From NCBI GenBank assembly GCA_000708835.1, contig DF236980.1:163999-227998 (forward strand): DNA of 64,000 nt, written 5' to 3'. Shown in pieces: positions 25,375-37,900 of the stretch. The position numbers and the translations under genes were made by a program. The first letter of the stretch is position 1. Each line of letters begins with the position of its first letter. The notes beneath the pieces were generated by a model that worked only from the letters and a program-made list of their open reading frames with translations, was not told where the DNA came from and ran no database searches. Source of the stretch: Klebsormidium nitens. Lineage: Eukaryota > Plantae > Klebsormidiophyceae.

Positions 25375-28300
25375 ATGGGGGACGACGTTTCCGAGGCGGA
25401 GCTTGCTGACAGGGTAAATAAGGCACTCGAGGCGTATGCTCTAAAGAAAGGGGCAAAGTCGCACATTTGGATATGCGTGACAGAGGACAATGGTCCCGTG
25501 GGTGGCTGCTCCCCAAACTTGAGGCCTTACGGGCCTGGGTTGATGGATGAAGTGGAAAAGGCAACAGGAAAGTAAGCACCCAGTCTTTCCAGGTTCTCCC
25601 CGCTTGGCCTTCAAATTTGCCATTGCAATGTGCTAGCCTTGTAGAAGGAATCTAGGCACACGTTGCCTGGGTTCTTGAAACCATTCAACCAAAGCAAATG
25701 AGAGTCTGTTTGACAAGTTATCCTGCCTCTCAAGAACCAAAAATGAACGAGCGGTTTGCCCAGAAGTTGCTGGAATTCCATCCGAACATTGGCCGAAGAA
25801 TCTGGACATTGTCTCTGCAACTAGCACATTCACGTCCAGAAGGTGTTTCGCATGTGTAGAATCTCAGGCGGTTATGTTCTGATCCTTGTGACCAAAAATA
25901 CCACATCTGACTGAGGCTGATAGACTGGGCAGCAAACTTACCACTTTACCGCCACCAGCACACTCTTGCATTGTGGCAAGGCTTGGATACCCTGCAAACT
26001 TGTTCAAAAGACATGCGATCCTGAGGTTATTTGTTTGTCAACATATTATCATCCACTTATTGTCAAGCCGTATTTGACTCCTGTGTGATTCCTTTCTTTC
26101 CATTTTGCTTTCAAGACAGTTGCATTCTTCACAGATGGTTCTTGCACCAGTGCATCTCTTCCACCGACAAGCTGAGAGTGCGGTCAGGCCTTTTTGCAGC
26201 ATCTGCCAATAAAGACCCCAATGCAACCATCCTGTGAACCTACCATACATGTTCATTTTTACCTACCTTCTCAACACCGATTGAAACGCCTCATCCCCGC
26301 TCCACTCTGCTTCCTTGAAAGAGAACAGTTCCATCTCGATTACCTCGCAAACCGTTTGAACACAGATATCAGAACTGTATACTGAACGGGACCACAGCTT
26401 ATAACAGCTTGGGCGCAAAAGCAAATGGCGGCACCCTGCTTGATTGTTTCAGCGTTCAGTAAGCGTTCTAAGTATTGAGAAGGAAACTTCTTGGAATGCT
26501 AGTCCCATCAGCAGGGATCTAAGGGCCTTTGCTCATAAAGTTACCCTTGCGGCTCATCCCAAGCATTCTTGCCAAAGATCGGGGCAAGCACATTTGTTTT
26601 GAAAGCCTCTTTAGCCCCACTCTGATGCCCAGCTTGCAGGCGCAAGTCAAAGAAGACGCGCAGCGCCTAAAAACCTCAATGCAAAACCACAGATGGAAAA
26701 GAAAGAATTACTCTCAGTGCGAGTTTCATTTGTCTTTCCACATGGTGCCAATTGGCGGTGACGCCCCACTTAGAGTGTCAAGCTGCAGTACTGGCGGCAA
26801 AGTAACACTGTACATGATTACCATCCAGACAACAATGACAAAGAAAGGAAGAGCAGAGATACGAAACACCTATGATTTTGATCGCAGGAGGATTGTGGTG
26901 ACGGACGGCTCGCTGCAGCCGAACCTGTTGACAGCGGAGCAGGTGTTCAACGCAGCCGCCAAGACAAAGCACGTGGAGATCCATCCAATTGTGGCGCTTC
27001 TCATCAACGGGATGAACGAGCTCAACAACCACAAGATCCCCCGCATCAACGCCCTCACCGACCCCAGCACTGTGAGCGCCGCTTCTTTGGGATCCTCCTC
27101 TGCGTGCGCTGTTAGATCTTCGACTTTCCAAGAGAATTTAACAGCTTCCTCTGAACCCATTACATGTGATCCTGAGACTCTTTCAGCTTTTCAAGGGGCA
27201 CCTCAACCTCTCTGAGACCACCTGATTTCAAAGTGTCATTCTCTTCTTTGAACTTGCGGTTTTACCTTGGGGTCAAGTTGTTCCCTTAAACACCCACCTG
27301 TCCATTGAAAAACTGTTGGTGTTCCTTAGCATGTTCTGCAAATGTAGCAGCCAGTAACTCCCAACCTCCTTGAAGGCGCGACACAGGAGCTTCATATAGT
27401 TTTAGTTCTTTGTAGCGCCATACCGTCAAGGAGACTAAAGATACGTTATTCGTTTCATGTTGCCGCCCGCGGTGTCCATATAAGTTTTTCATCGACCAAA
27501 CGGCCAGAGACATTCTGACCCTTCCTCATACACGGTTGTGCTTCTTCTCCTTTTAATGCCCAAAGCTATTACTGGAGCGCAAGCTCATCAAGAGGTTTTG
27601 AGCATATGTCTAATGCAGCCCGGCAGGGTTGGAGCGACTCCGCTGCTCATATCTCCTTCAATCAAGCGCACTGGGAGGAACTGAAAAAGGGAACAGCCAA
27701 CACAACTTTTTGACACCCCTCCTGAGGTGCCAGAGTGGTTCTTGGTTTCTTCTCATTCAAAATAATCCTGCCTTCCTTTCATCAAGAAAACCTGCGAAAT
27801 AAGGAACTAACTGAAACATGCTTCAGTCTGTTTCCTGTCCTTCCCTGTCCTTCCCTGTCCTTTCCTGTCCTTTCTTGTAATGCAGTCAAAACCACAACTA
27901 GATTTCAAAACGCACCTTCTATTCCAGGTTCCGGAGTGGTTTCCTTTCAGCGCAGACAAGTACGCGGCGCGCGCCCAGAAGATGGACCTTCCGGAGCTGT
28001 TCAAGGTGAACTGACCTCACATTGGCTGACAACTACCAGGGCGATCGTTCTTGTTTGTAAGAATCTGTTAGTTAGGCTACTGACATATCACCAATTTTGT
28101 TCATGATTAAGTCGGGGGTTTTGCACACGGCATCTCGACAGGCGGCTGGATTGGACTGTCAATCTGGGAGTAGCTTTCAACCGATCCGATCATATCCGCC
28201 TCAACTCGTTCCAATGTAGCCATCTCATGCTGCTTGGCTGTCTGAAACACAGTTGTTAGGCTAAAAAACCGTTGGGGAATTGTCTACAAACCGTAGCATT

Positions 28301-30508
28301 GCTTGGTGAAACCTCAAGACATTGTGCATAAAGCCCCCAAACCAGTGCAAGCTGGAGTGCCGGGCACAGAAAACCCCGAAGAGTAGAGAAACTTCCAAAG
28401 CGTTAACGTGCTGGAACCTGTTCAGGTGATGGACGTCGTGTTTGCTTCCATCCGGGGGGACCTCCCCAAGATCAAGAAGCTGCACACGATGCTGGAGAAC
28501 GTGTTCAAGTCCGGCTGCTGCTCCATCGGCACGCGCGCCGCGGTTGACGCCTTCTTCGACTTCCTCACGCAGGACGCCATGCAGGCACGCCAAATGTTAT
28601 CCCCTTTTTTGTCGTGTCATTTTTGTGGTTTTTTCTCTTCCCTTTTGCTTCTGCTCTTTTCTTTTGTGACAGTCCCGTTGGCCTCTTTTCTTCTCTTTCT
28701 GGTTGCTTTAGTCCCTTTTCGTTGCTTCTTCAAGTCTCTCTTCTTGGCTTCTTCTCTTCTCTTTCCTTGCTGATATTCACCAGCATTTGTTGTCTCGACT
28801 CTCGAGCATGCTACTGTGAGGCAGACCGTCCTCTTATGACCCTGCTTTCGGTTTGTTGATATCTCTTAAAGTCTCGTTACTTGGCTGTGTCCTTCGTCTC
28901 TCTCTTGAAGTCCTCGCATATGCCAACATGCAGAAATGTGGCCACAATGCCTTGTACATCATGCATCGAGTCGTCCGCTTGCTTTCTTTTCTCTACCCAT
29001 TCTTCCGTAGTGTGGTTTCTGCTTTCTTGTCCGGGCTGTTGGTCCTCTCCGCCAAGCTGCCGCTCTCAAGACGTTTCTTGGTACAAGTTGGTCTCTTTAA
29101 TGAGTGGCTGAGCGCTCTTTCTTGACAACATAGAGCCAGTAGTAGATCACAAGGCGGATCAGAGAAGCAGGCTACAGTTTCACCAATCTGCCCTTGTGAG
29201 AAACACGAGCGACGAGACCTGCGAGTGTTGCTTCTTGCATAACCCTCGATGATTTGAGCCGCTGTTATTTCAACAGCCTGTTCAATGGAATGAAAGAGAG
29301 GCCGCTTCGCTTTAGGGCGGTCCCTCTCAGCATATTCCCTCACAGACATCCCTCTTGAAAATCTTCTTGGAATCTGCGCCAAAGTTGGCCCATGCTAGTT
29401 CTGTCAATCCTACTTCGGGAGGGCTTAAGTCCGACATAACTTGTTGCATGAACAGTGTTTATTTTACAGCCATACCAAGATGTGGAATCCTGAAGAATCT
29501 TTCTTCAGACCAGCAATCGGCTTGCCCCATTTTCACCTTATTTAAAGATCAGGTGTTTGTTAAGACTAACGAGTGACATTTTCCCCGTCCAGCCCGTGGT
29601 CACAGAGGCGCTGAGCGGGCTGTTCCGGAAGCGGCTCCAGTCGGAGCTCGAGAACGGGAGCGGGGTCCAGGAGAAGCGGAGGAGAGGGGACGGAGACGGG
29701 GGCACGGGAGACAAGGTGCAATTACAGTCTCTCAACTTTTTCAGCTGAATCTTGTGGCAAATGAATGGTTTGGCGGTGAACAACGTCGCTGCAGGTTAAG
29801 TTGTTTTTGAGAAAGGCCGGATGCAGAGCCGCTGCTGCAGAAGTAATCCTCTTACAAGACAGAGTGCTTGATGGTTTCTGGAAAAGCCAAAGCGCCTCTG
29901 CCTTTCCCACCAGAAGCGCACACGCTGGTGAAATACACGCTGTTTCACTTTGTGGAAGGAGAACGCACCGCTGTTTGAAGGCTCTAGATCTCATTTACTC
30001 TTGAGCTTTGTCGCCCCATCTGTGAAGCCTGGTAGCCATAGCCGAGCCTACCTAAGCTTTGGCTGTCTTCAAAAGTCCGCCGGCTAACTGCGCGAATCGA
30101 TCTGAAGACCTGTGGCATTTCGGAACGCAAATCCAGAGCGTGAAACGAAAAACCGAAACGTACACTACGTCCAGCGATTGAAGAGCTGAACCCTTGGATT
30201 CGTGAAATGCCCAGCAAAATGCAGCACTGGAAAATGGGAACGTCATTCTCGGCTGGTGTATGTTGCAGGCGGAGCCAGAGAGCGACGAGTCGCCTGAGGA
30301 CCGGCGGCAATGGAGCAATCCGAGCGACACCAGCAGCCTTTCCTTCCTATGGCCTTTCGAAGACTCGTTACAGGTGCGTACAGTTAAACCAGCAACTCGA
30401 ACGTCCATCGGCATTGCTGACGAGCGCCTAGGGGCGTTGTTTTTGCAGAGTCCACGTGCTAGGAATAGGCTATACAAGTGCAGAACTGTCGGCATTCAGC
30501 TGGTGTAA
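25375..30508 (+). CDS. Uncharacterised protein of ~300-326 aa; possible NRF1/Ewg- or EIN3/DUF2841-like DNA-binding protein (hypothesis)
   Basis: Phase-consistent exons are 25375-25571, 26888-27071, 27928-28005, 28426-28584 (putative GC donor), 29593-29715 and 30269-30508, with an optional in-frame 75-nt intron at 30374-30448. Internal exons have strong GC3 codon bias. The 3' end and the GC donor are uncertain. Confidence 0.7.
27831..27878. repeat. 10-mer tandem repeat TT(T/C)CCTGTCC, about 4.5 copies
   Basis: Directly visible, upstream of the acceptor at 27927. Confidence 0.85.
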
Positions 30509-31904
30509 TCAGCTATTTCGTCTCTCCGAGAACGACACAAGGTGGAGGGTCACGATCGTGTGGAAACGCCGACTTCCGATCCCTTTCCCTCGGCGAGCTG
30601 ACGGGAAAGTTTTGCACACTAATCAGACATGTAACGTGCTCCTTATTTTTTTAAGCACGGTTTGGTTGTTCTCACCGAGCCAGTAATCTCCGGCTTCAGC
30701 CGGATTGCCAGACACGCTGGCACGCTACTTGCTGCTCATCGGTGGCAGAGGCCATTGACCAGTCCGATGAGAGCTGGGCCTCTTTTCTGAGTTGCTTTCA
30801 TGCTTTGATTTGTGCAGAGTCCGGCTCTCGTTCAACGCGCGACACGGTGATATCGCAAACCATTTTCTAGGCTCATGCATTTGTAGTCAAATGGAAACCA
30901 CAAGGGGTCAGCGAGGCCGGCTTTTTGGTAACCCTAGTTTGCATGTATATGTTTTCACCTACACAATAGCGGTTGGTTTGAAGGTTTAGCAACGAGTTGG
31001 GGTTAAGCTCATCGTAACCGATGGGTGGATGTAGCAGGCTCCGGAGTTGTTGAAAAGTGCTGCAATATGCGGCCAAAATGGGTGTCAAAAGGTATCTCTG
31101 GGTTGACCATGCAGTCAAACACGTCGACGTTCTTGCTTAGTGTGTTAATATAGTAGGGGAAAGGCAGACACGAGGCCGTTAGCTTGCAGCTACGTGCATT
31201 TGGAGGGCTCGATGCTCGACATGCTTCCATGCAGAGGCCTGAGCGTACTTAATCTAAACAAATACATACTCCTAAGTTGATGTCAGACTTGGCTGTGGTT
31301 TAGGTCCGACCAACCTTTCTGGATGCAGGATGAGTCCACTTAGTTTATATTTGACTGAGGATATACAAGATTCGGAGTCCCCAAAACAGTGTCGTGTCGT
31401 ATAATTATCCACTTACAGGCAACTTGGCGTCAGCCACTGAAATATGCTGATACTTTATTAGGTGTATGATCCGGCGATGATCGAGATTAGAGCTCTACTG
31501 CTGAATGATCGTTGTGTATATTTACGTAGCCGCACATGCAAATACACTATAGTAGGTTAACTTTTAGGACAGATTCTGGCCTGTGGCGACATGTGATGAC
31601 ACGCGGGGCCGCCTGCCATGGCACCCGCAACTTTGTGCTAACATGGATAATTGTGACGTTTCCCTTTACAATATACAATTCCAGAATGGACCGCTCAATA
31701 TATGACTCAGCCATCATCCAAGCTACCTAGTCGCTGGGACATGCGCCGGCCGCAGCGTTCGCACGGCACTGCGTTGCTCCGAAATGCGCAATCCAATTCA
31801 CTCAGATGTTCGAATGCAAGCGACTAATCGGGTTGAAGGCAACGCTAATAACATGCGCGACAGCCAGGAGATACTTCCTGACACCAGATGCACAGGAAGC
31901 ACAT

Positions 31905-34900
31905 TCATGCCGCCAACTTCGTGTCAAATATCCGGTAGCACCTGAGACCACCTGAGCTAGGATCGTCCGGAACGTACGACTGTATGCAGCACACCAGCCA
32001 AGGGGGATCCCTGACCCTTGGCTGCTGCGGCTCCTCGTTGTCTCCGTCCTCTGGGGCGGTGGCTTGGCCGAGCGCTAAACCCATTTTCCACCGAAGCTCG
32101 TCCACGCCGTCGTCCTCTTGGTGTGAGTTTCGGGGCGACCACCCGCCGAAGAACGTCTCCTGCGGGTCGCCGAAAAGATGCGCGTCAGCGTGCTTGGGCA
32201 GCTGAAAGATGTGAATCGGTCAGAGTGTCAATCTTGTTGCAGCGCCCGACGTGGTCCTTTTCGAAGGGAAGACTCAGCGAGTTGGGTCGTCATTTCGGAG
32301 AACAATTTGTCAGGCCCTGGCACTCCAAAGCGTATGCGTCCTTCTCTTTTGTCTAAACCGTTGAATATAGGAAGTAATCGAGGCTCGCAGTATTCCCCAC
32401 AACGATTGCTTCAAAATAGGTTCCACATGTCTTTCTCACCCGAGTTCCAAGCAGAGAAAGCAACTATTTCTTGAAGGCCACAAACTGGTGAAGCGTTCTT
32501 CACTGCAATCTTTTTAAACAGATCCTCACACGCGAGTCTCAAGTGATATGAGCAAGTAATATGTCGATCCCCATTAATCACACCCTGGTAATTAAGCTTA
32601 TCAACCCGCCATCGTTCCTCACCGCATCCCTCCCAAATAGCTCCGCACTCAGCCGCGCCGTCGGATCCTCGAGCGTCAGCGTCGCTCGAAACACCCACTC
32701 CTCCCGCCTCCGCCGCTTTCTAGACGTCCCCTCAGGCCCCGAAACCCCTTCCGGATTTCGCGGGCTATCCCCCGGGGCCTCCCCACAGACTCCCCTTTCT
32801 AAGTCGGCCTCTACCGCTGCCCTCAGCGCGTCGTCGAGTGACGTCATGCTGACGCACAGGTCTTCGGTGCGCGGGGGCCAGCTGGACCGGACGCGGACGA
32901 TGCACCGGAAGCGGGAGTTGCGGACCTGAAACGGAGCGAAACGAAAAGAAAGTCTCAGCAAAGTTCGAGGCGGTGCCCAAACAAGGGAGTTTCTGGCGCT
33001 GATTGAAGCGTGCTTTAGGTTTTTGAAGGTCGCCGCGGAAGAGCCGCTGACGCAAGATTTTCTGGGCGACCGGAATGTAGCCCAACAACTCTCTCCTGAC
33101 GCTCACCTCACGTCACTTCAGCTGCAGATGTGCATGACGTCACTTACGAAGGCTTGACAGGATCGGCAATGTTCGGGTGGTAAAAGGACCGTCAAAATCT
33201 CCGTCTGGTAAGCAAGTGCCACGTGGCACCTTCCAATTATCAAACTAGTCACTGCAATGATTAGTCAGAAGCTGTGAGCATCCGCGTGAGAGGAAGTGAA
33301 ACGAGAAGGTTTTTCGTTGCAAGAGTTTTAGAAGAGGACGCCTCAACAGAGGCGATTTTCCCCGTATGCATCAAGACGTAACCGAAATGGACAAGCGGGT
33401 GCTACGAGCCAGTCCCCCAGAGAAAAGGAACCAGGACTCACTGAACATCCGCGTTTTCGCTGGATTGCAAGTGCTTCCCTCGGAAGGTGAAGGAATGTGT
33501 TTCTTTGCGTACCTACTTCTGTGCACCGGCCAACAGATTGGCACATCCGTCGAGCAGTATCGTCGTAATTCAGAATAGGACAGCAGATTAATAAAACTTG
33601 CGTCTCCCCGCGAATTGCGAGCTTCTATCCTTCATCATACATGGAAGATAGTGGAATGAAATAAGAAAAGAAGTTTTGTTTTGAAGAACGAGGATGTCAA
33701 TCTCGACTATCAACTTCACGTCTGCCTAACGGACCAGCATGCCCCTGGTCCGCAGTCATCGTGACGTCAGCATCCGATGAGAGGGACCTAGAACCGACAC
33801 AATTTCCATCCCTCCGCTGGGCCTGGGGTTGCGAGCGCATCTTGCAGTTGCTGAGGAGAAGGGTTCGTCATCATGTCTTCCTAACAAACCCAAAAGCAGT
33901 TGGAAGTGACACTCAGAAGGAACTAGAACCGAGAAAATGTCCCGCACCTCCGCCGGGGTTGCGAGCGCTTCCCGCAAGGTGGAGAAGGGGACGTCAACAT
34001 ATCTTTCCAACAGACCAGCATGCACCCAAAGGCGGTGATATGACGTCAACACTTGATTGCTAACAACTAGATGCGGTGAAAACCAACGCACCTCCGCCGG
34101 GGTTGCGAGCACTTCCCGCAAGGTGGAGAAGGGGACGTCATCATGATCTGTCACGGAGTAGCGTTGCTGCACCCACGCCACCTCGTCCGTGATGCGCTCG
34201 GGCCCATTCACCCTCTCGGCATAGTGCCTGCGAACGTAGATTAGGCCTGCTGTGAATATACCAAGGTGGCTGCTTGACAGTGCCTATTCCATTTTGCAGT
34301 ATTGACTGAGAGTGAAAGCGCCCGATCGGGTTGGTTGACGGTGCCCCTTGTACCGGTATAGTGCAGTTATGAAGAGGCCGGCTGGGTTCTTTCGCGCGTC
34401 GGTCGTAAGTCCTGCGAAGGAAGCAGGTCTATGTGCAAGTTCTCCACCGGACTATCGTAACTGGTCAACAAGGCGATTGACACGGAACGGGTTGAGTGCG
34501 GCGCCTCCTGAGTCAGCTGATTTGGCAATGACCTCCTTTCAATTGCTAGACACCTCGCTCGTCTCATCACAGTGCGTCTCGTACTTAGACCGAAAAAAAT
34601 CTGGCGTCTCTATTGGAAATTTTACGACTCCTCGACATGGATGTAGCTATGCATAAGAAAGAGGAAGTCAAGCCCTCCAACTTCCACTGACCAGATCGAC
34701 GTCCGACTTAATAACCCCTGAAATGCCCCCTCTCCTCAACGGAGCCGCTCAGGCACACATCGCCACCCCCCCCTCAGCGCCTTCGCTCTTGCCCCAGCAT
34801 ACAACGTTGCGACTTCTCCCCCCCTAATTCAAGTAACAAAGTCGGTCCCCACCCTTGACTTCTCCCTTCCTAACCTCAGCCGCTCCGGCACGTGTCGTTC

Positions 34901-37900
34901 CCTCTGCCCTAGGGCCTTCACCTTGGTGCTCTCGCCCCATACGGCCCTCTTAAAACGTCATCGCTCTAATGACCTCCCCACGTTTCCTGTCCCCCTCCTT
35001 CTTACCTGAGCCTTCCCTGCGCGTGTTGCTCCCCCTCCCCCGTGTTGCTCCCCCCCTGTTCTTGTCGAACTCTTGCCCCAGCAGAAACGTTGCATACTCC
35101 CCCCCCCGAAAACAATCATCTCTTGAACGATCCGTCCATTTATACCGTCCACCCCCATCTCACCTGAGTCTCTGTTGCACGTGTCGCTCCCCCTCCCCCT
35201 GCGCCATCACCTTGGTTTACCCCTCAAAACATCGACCCACAAAACTCCCCCAGGTTTTGTTTCATCTCAAATCTCACCTGAGTCTCTCTTGCACGTGCCG
35301 CTCCCCCTCCCCAAGCGCCATCACCTTGGTGCTCTTGCCCCAGTACCCCCGCAAACTCCCTTTCTCCCGCACCACTTTAATATTTCTAAACTTGTACCAC
35401 TTTCCGGCGACCGGCATTAGAGAGAGCGCCGCGAGCGGCACGTTGTCGTCGGTAACGATCGGAAGGGCCGTTCCGAGGGGGGGGAGAGAGGCGAGCACGG
35501 AGGGGGGCGGTTGGCTCGGGGGAAGAAGATAGGGGTCGGTTTCATCGTCTGGGGACCTGGATGGAAAGAAAACCCNNNNNNNNNNNNNNNNNNNNNNNNN
35601 NNNNNNNNNNNNNNNNNNNNNNNNNNNNNNNNNNNNNNNNNNNNNNNNNNNNNNNNNNNNNNNNNNNNNNNNNNNNNNNNNNNNNNNNNNNNNNNNNNNN
35701 NNNNNNNNNNNNNNNNNNNNNNNNNNNNNNNNNNNNNNNNNNNNNNNNNNNNNNNNNNNNNNNNNNNNNNNNNNNNNNNNNNNNNNNNNNNNNNNNNNNN
35801 NNNNNNNNNNNNNNNNNNNNNNNNNNNNNNNNNCGTCTGGGGACCTGGATGGAAAGAAAACCCGTAATCATTTCAGTAAGGGATCGGATCACAGGAAGGG
35901 CTGTTCCGATGGGGGGGAAAGACGCGAGCACGGAGGGGGGGGAATGGCTCGGGGGGGAGATTTGGCTCGGAAAGGAGACACGGGTCGGTGCCATCGTCTG
36001 TGGACCTGGAAGGAAGGGGGAGATCGAATTCTCATTCCAGTAGGGACAGGAAAAGCGGAAGGGTCGTCCCGAGAAGGAGGGAAGAGGTGAGCACGGAGGG
36101 GTGGGGTTGGCTCGGCGGGGGGAGACACGGGTCGGTGCCATCAGAGATACGGGTCGGTGTCATCGTCTGGGGACCTGGAAGGGGAAGGGAAGTCAGATTC
36201 ATTTCAGTGGGGATGAGATAAGCGGAAGGGTCGTTTTGATCGAGGACGGAGAAAGAGGTGAGCACGGAAATGGGAGCCTGGCTCGGGGGAAGGAAACACG
36301 GATCCGCGTCGTCATCTGTGGACCTGGAAGGAAGGGAAACAGAATTCATTGCAGCAGGGATGGATAACCGGAAGGGTTCTTCCCAAGGGGGGAAGGAGAG
36401 GCGAGCACGGAAGGAGGGGGCTGATTTGGGAGAAGGAGACACAAGTCAGTGTCATCGTCTGGGCGTTCTGGAAGAGGGGCCTGAGTTGGACATGTTGCAG
36501 TAGGGATCGTAATTAGCGTCCGCATTCCACGAAAAATTCTCAAAGTTGGTTCTCTGCTAAGGACCCGCTGGCTCTTTTGAGCAGAGGCTTTTGGGCCATT
36601 GCACAATTGACACAGCTTATGTTGTGACGTTCTAATGATCAAGAGCGAGAAGATTTCTGGTTGCTTTGACTTAGAAATTAAGCGTAAAAACATTCCGGAG
36701 ACAACGGCCAACAGAAAGTTGTTTCCCTTCTTGAAGACCCTTCTTGCCGGAGGAGAAGAGCTTAAGACTTCCCAGACACGCAGAGTTGTGGACCTCTTAC
36801 GCCCCAAACCTGACAGGTTTCCGGGGACATGTCAAGACCAGCAAGAAATGGGTCAAAGAGCAACAGGTCAAGCTTAACCAACAGGTCAAGCTGACTTACT
36901 CGGGTATATAGTCCGGTCGGGCGTCTGTTCCGTCCCAAACGTGTAACGTCAGTCGATGAGCGCCCCCCTCGCCGCGCTCCTCCACCCAAAGAACCTGCGG
37001 CACAAACAGAAGGTTCAGAAAGAGAATTTGGAATCCAGGATTTGCCATGTTGGAAGTGGCGACCAAGATCTTAAACGAGAAGAGAGTTTGAAGTTTAGTG
37101 TCATTTCTACGTTATCGATGCTACGATCGTCGAATCAGGGTTGTGGTGATCCCTCCTCAACGCGCAAGACGCGGCAAGATATATGAATCAAACCTATGCA
37201 CGGGCACGACTTGTTTCGAACAGATTGACACCACGCCCACCGACCTTCTGCTTTTCACATAGGTTCCGAAGGGAATTGCAAGCTTTTGCAGGTTTAGCGA
37301 TTTAGAACTTTGAAAGGGAAGAGGAGAGTGCAGACTTCTACCTTTGCATAAACGTCGATGTGTTCCTCGTCCTCCATAGAGGCGATGGTCCGCATGTATT
37401 GGTGTCCTTTGTCTGCAGAGGATATTTAGGAAGTTTCTCTAACAATTTTAAGAAATGTTAAAATGGCGAAATGTTTAAAATGTTAGGGCTCAGGGTGTTG
37501 CCTTCTTGGATTCAAAGTTCAAGCTTACTTGGCACACTCCTGCACCGCTTCCTTTCCCAGAAAAGGGAGAGTCGGTCTTGACCGAAGTTGCAGTCTCGTT
37601 GGCTTGAATAAAAGTCTTGAGCTAGAAACGGACTCTCCTATTCATTGGGGGGAGCTTCATATAGGTGTTTTTTTCCACAGCAGCAACCACAAAGCAACGC
37701 AGACTTGTTCCGGTTCAAATAAATACCAAGTACAAGTCTGGTTGTAACTCTGTTCAATGCATCTGGATGACTCAGGCTACAAATCTGGATTTTGCCTTCG
37801 TCGTTACAGGGTATCGACCCTACTAATCCTCTTTAGTAAGGAGGTCATGGATCAGAATCAAAATGCCCACACGTCTTTTCGAACGAAGTCAGTCCTTAAG

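Noticed and set aside
26529-26887. Upstream extension of the 228 aa ORF in the unknown gene
   Set aside because: A phase-matched acceptor at 26887 joins exon 1 cleanly. The upstream part lacks the GC3 bias and is treated as intron.
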